From Crocosphaera sp. UHCC 0190 (GTDB lineage: Bacteria; Cyanobacteriota; Cyanobacteriia; Cyanobacteriales; Microcystaceae): 24,000 nucleotides of DNA. Under the pieces are notes generated by a model, which saw nothing but the letters and a program-made list of their open reading frames with translations, had not been told where the DNA came from and searched no databases. A program made the position numbers and the translations under genes. The stretch is from positions 155,585-179,584 of the forward strand of contig NZ_JAYGHP010000004.1 of assembly GCF_034932065.1 (NCBI RefSeq), read 5' to 3'. Below, one piece after another: positions 23,507 to 24,000 of this stretch. Within the stretch, counting starts at the first letter, position 1. Every line of letters begins with the position of its first letter.

Positions 23507-24000
23507 ATGTTTATCAGTTATTTAGATCGATTAGGAGATTGGAACCCTCAATTATTTCGGGAAGTCAAAGGCAGGTTAAACTTCCGAAATTTAGGGATTG
23601 CAGGAGCAATTGCTATACTCGGTCAAATCCTACTTTTATTAACCTTTAGTGGACAACTTCCCACAGATCTTGATGCTTTGAATGATCCTCCATTTCAATA
23701 TAGTCGTTATTGTACAGCAACCGCACCACCAGGGTCTTATGCACCTTATAAACAATTATATTGTATTCAGGATTTATTTGGTAATTGGGTGATTAATTGG
23801 CAACTTTGGTGGTTAGATATTTTTAACACCTTAAGCGTAGTTGGTTTAGTTATCCTGTTGACTACTGGTATATTTTTACTGATTGCAGATTTATCACGAG
23901 AAGAAAATCGAGGGACTTTTAATTTTATTCGTTTAAGTCCCCGTTCTGCTAATAATATTTTGTTAGGTAAAATTTTAGGGGTTCCCTGTGTTATTTATTT
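23507..24000 (+). CDS. ABC-2-type transporter permease, C-terminally truncated by the window edge
   Basis: Not in the track. Hand translation from ATG 23507 (AAGAGGA at 23493-23499) stays open to the window end: MFISYLDRLGDWNPQLFREVKGRLNFRNLGIAGAIAILGQILLLL…SREENRGTFNFIRLSPRSANNILLGKILG. It lies 42 nt after the ATPase gene. TM1, a large extracytoplasmic loop and TM2 are typical of ABC-2 permeases. Confidence 0.6.
   Translation, partial: MFISYLDRLGDWNPQLFREVKGRLNFRNLGIAGAIAILGQILLLLTFSGQLPTDLDALNDPPFQYSRYCTATAPPGSYAPYKQLYCIQDLFGNWVINWQLWWLDIFNTLSVVGLVILLTTGIFLLIADLSREENRGTFNFIRLSPRSANNILLGKILGVPCVIY

Noticed and set aside
1-24000. Search for CRISPR arrays, tRNA or rRNA genes, IS elements, transposases, integrases, reverse transcriptases and prophage genes.
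   Set aside because: I saw no direct-repeat/spacer periodicity and no tRNA-like GC-rich cloverleaf segments in the intergenic regions. I also saw no ORF with transposase, integrase or RT motifs. Absence was judged by eye only.

Overview
This is a chromosomal segment from an AT-rich cyanobacterium. Evidence: 12 copies of the HIP1 octamer GCGATCGC in 24 kb, plus sasA, a CBS-CP12 fusion, ycf65/PSRP-3 and Uma2. The species cannot be determined from the sequence alone. Most of the window is ordinary core gene content: a TPR lipo/secreted protein, a complete pstS-pstC-pstA-pstB phosphate transporter with Pho-box-like repeats upstream, an exbB-exbD-exbD operon, pth, ycf65, a GH57 glucan enzyme, the clock-output kinase sasA, and an ABC-2 exporter pair. 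Several accessory or odd elements are interspersed. (1) An 816-aa stand-alone NACHT/STAND NTPase has an uncharacterised N-terminal module and no repeat sensor. It is the best candidate for a conflict or defence gene here. It lies tail-to-tail, 34 bp apart, with an unusually long multi-domain M48 metalloprotease. (2) A BrnT/BrnA toxin-antitoxin pair sits between a TonB-like proline-rich protein and the exbBD operon. (3) A small islet holds a Uma2 nuclease-fold gene and an orphan 159-aa ORF. (4) A family-3 acyltransferase gene is split by a frameshift. (5) A 28-bp GC-rich palindromic repeat occurs twice, at convergent gene junctions. One of the two ExbD paralogs carries Asn in place of the essential transmembrane Asp. 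I saw no rRNA, tRNA, CRISPR array, transposase or integrase. Two edge-truncated ORFs (1-1290 minus strand, 23507-24000 plus strand) are missing from the supplied track and were found by hand translation. All family calls rest on motif recognition by eye; no database search was possible.
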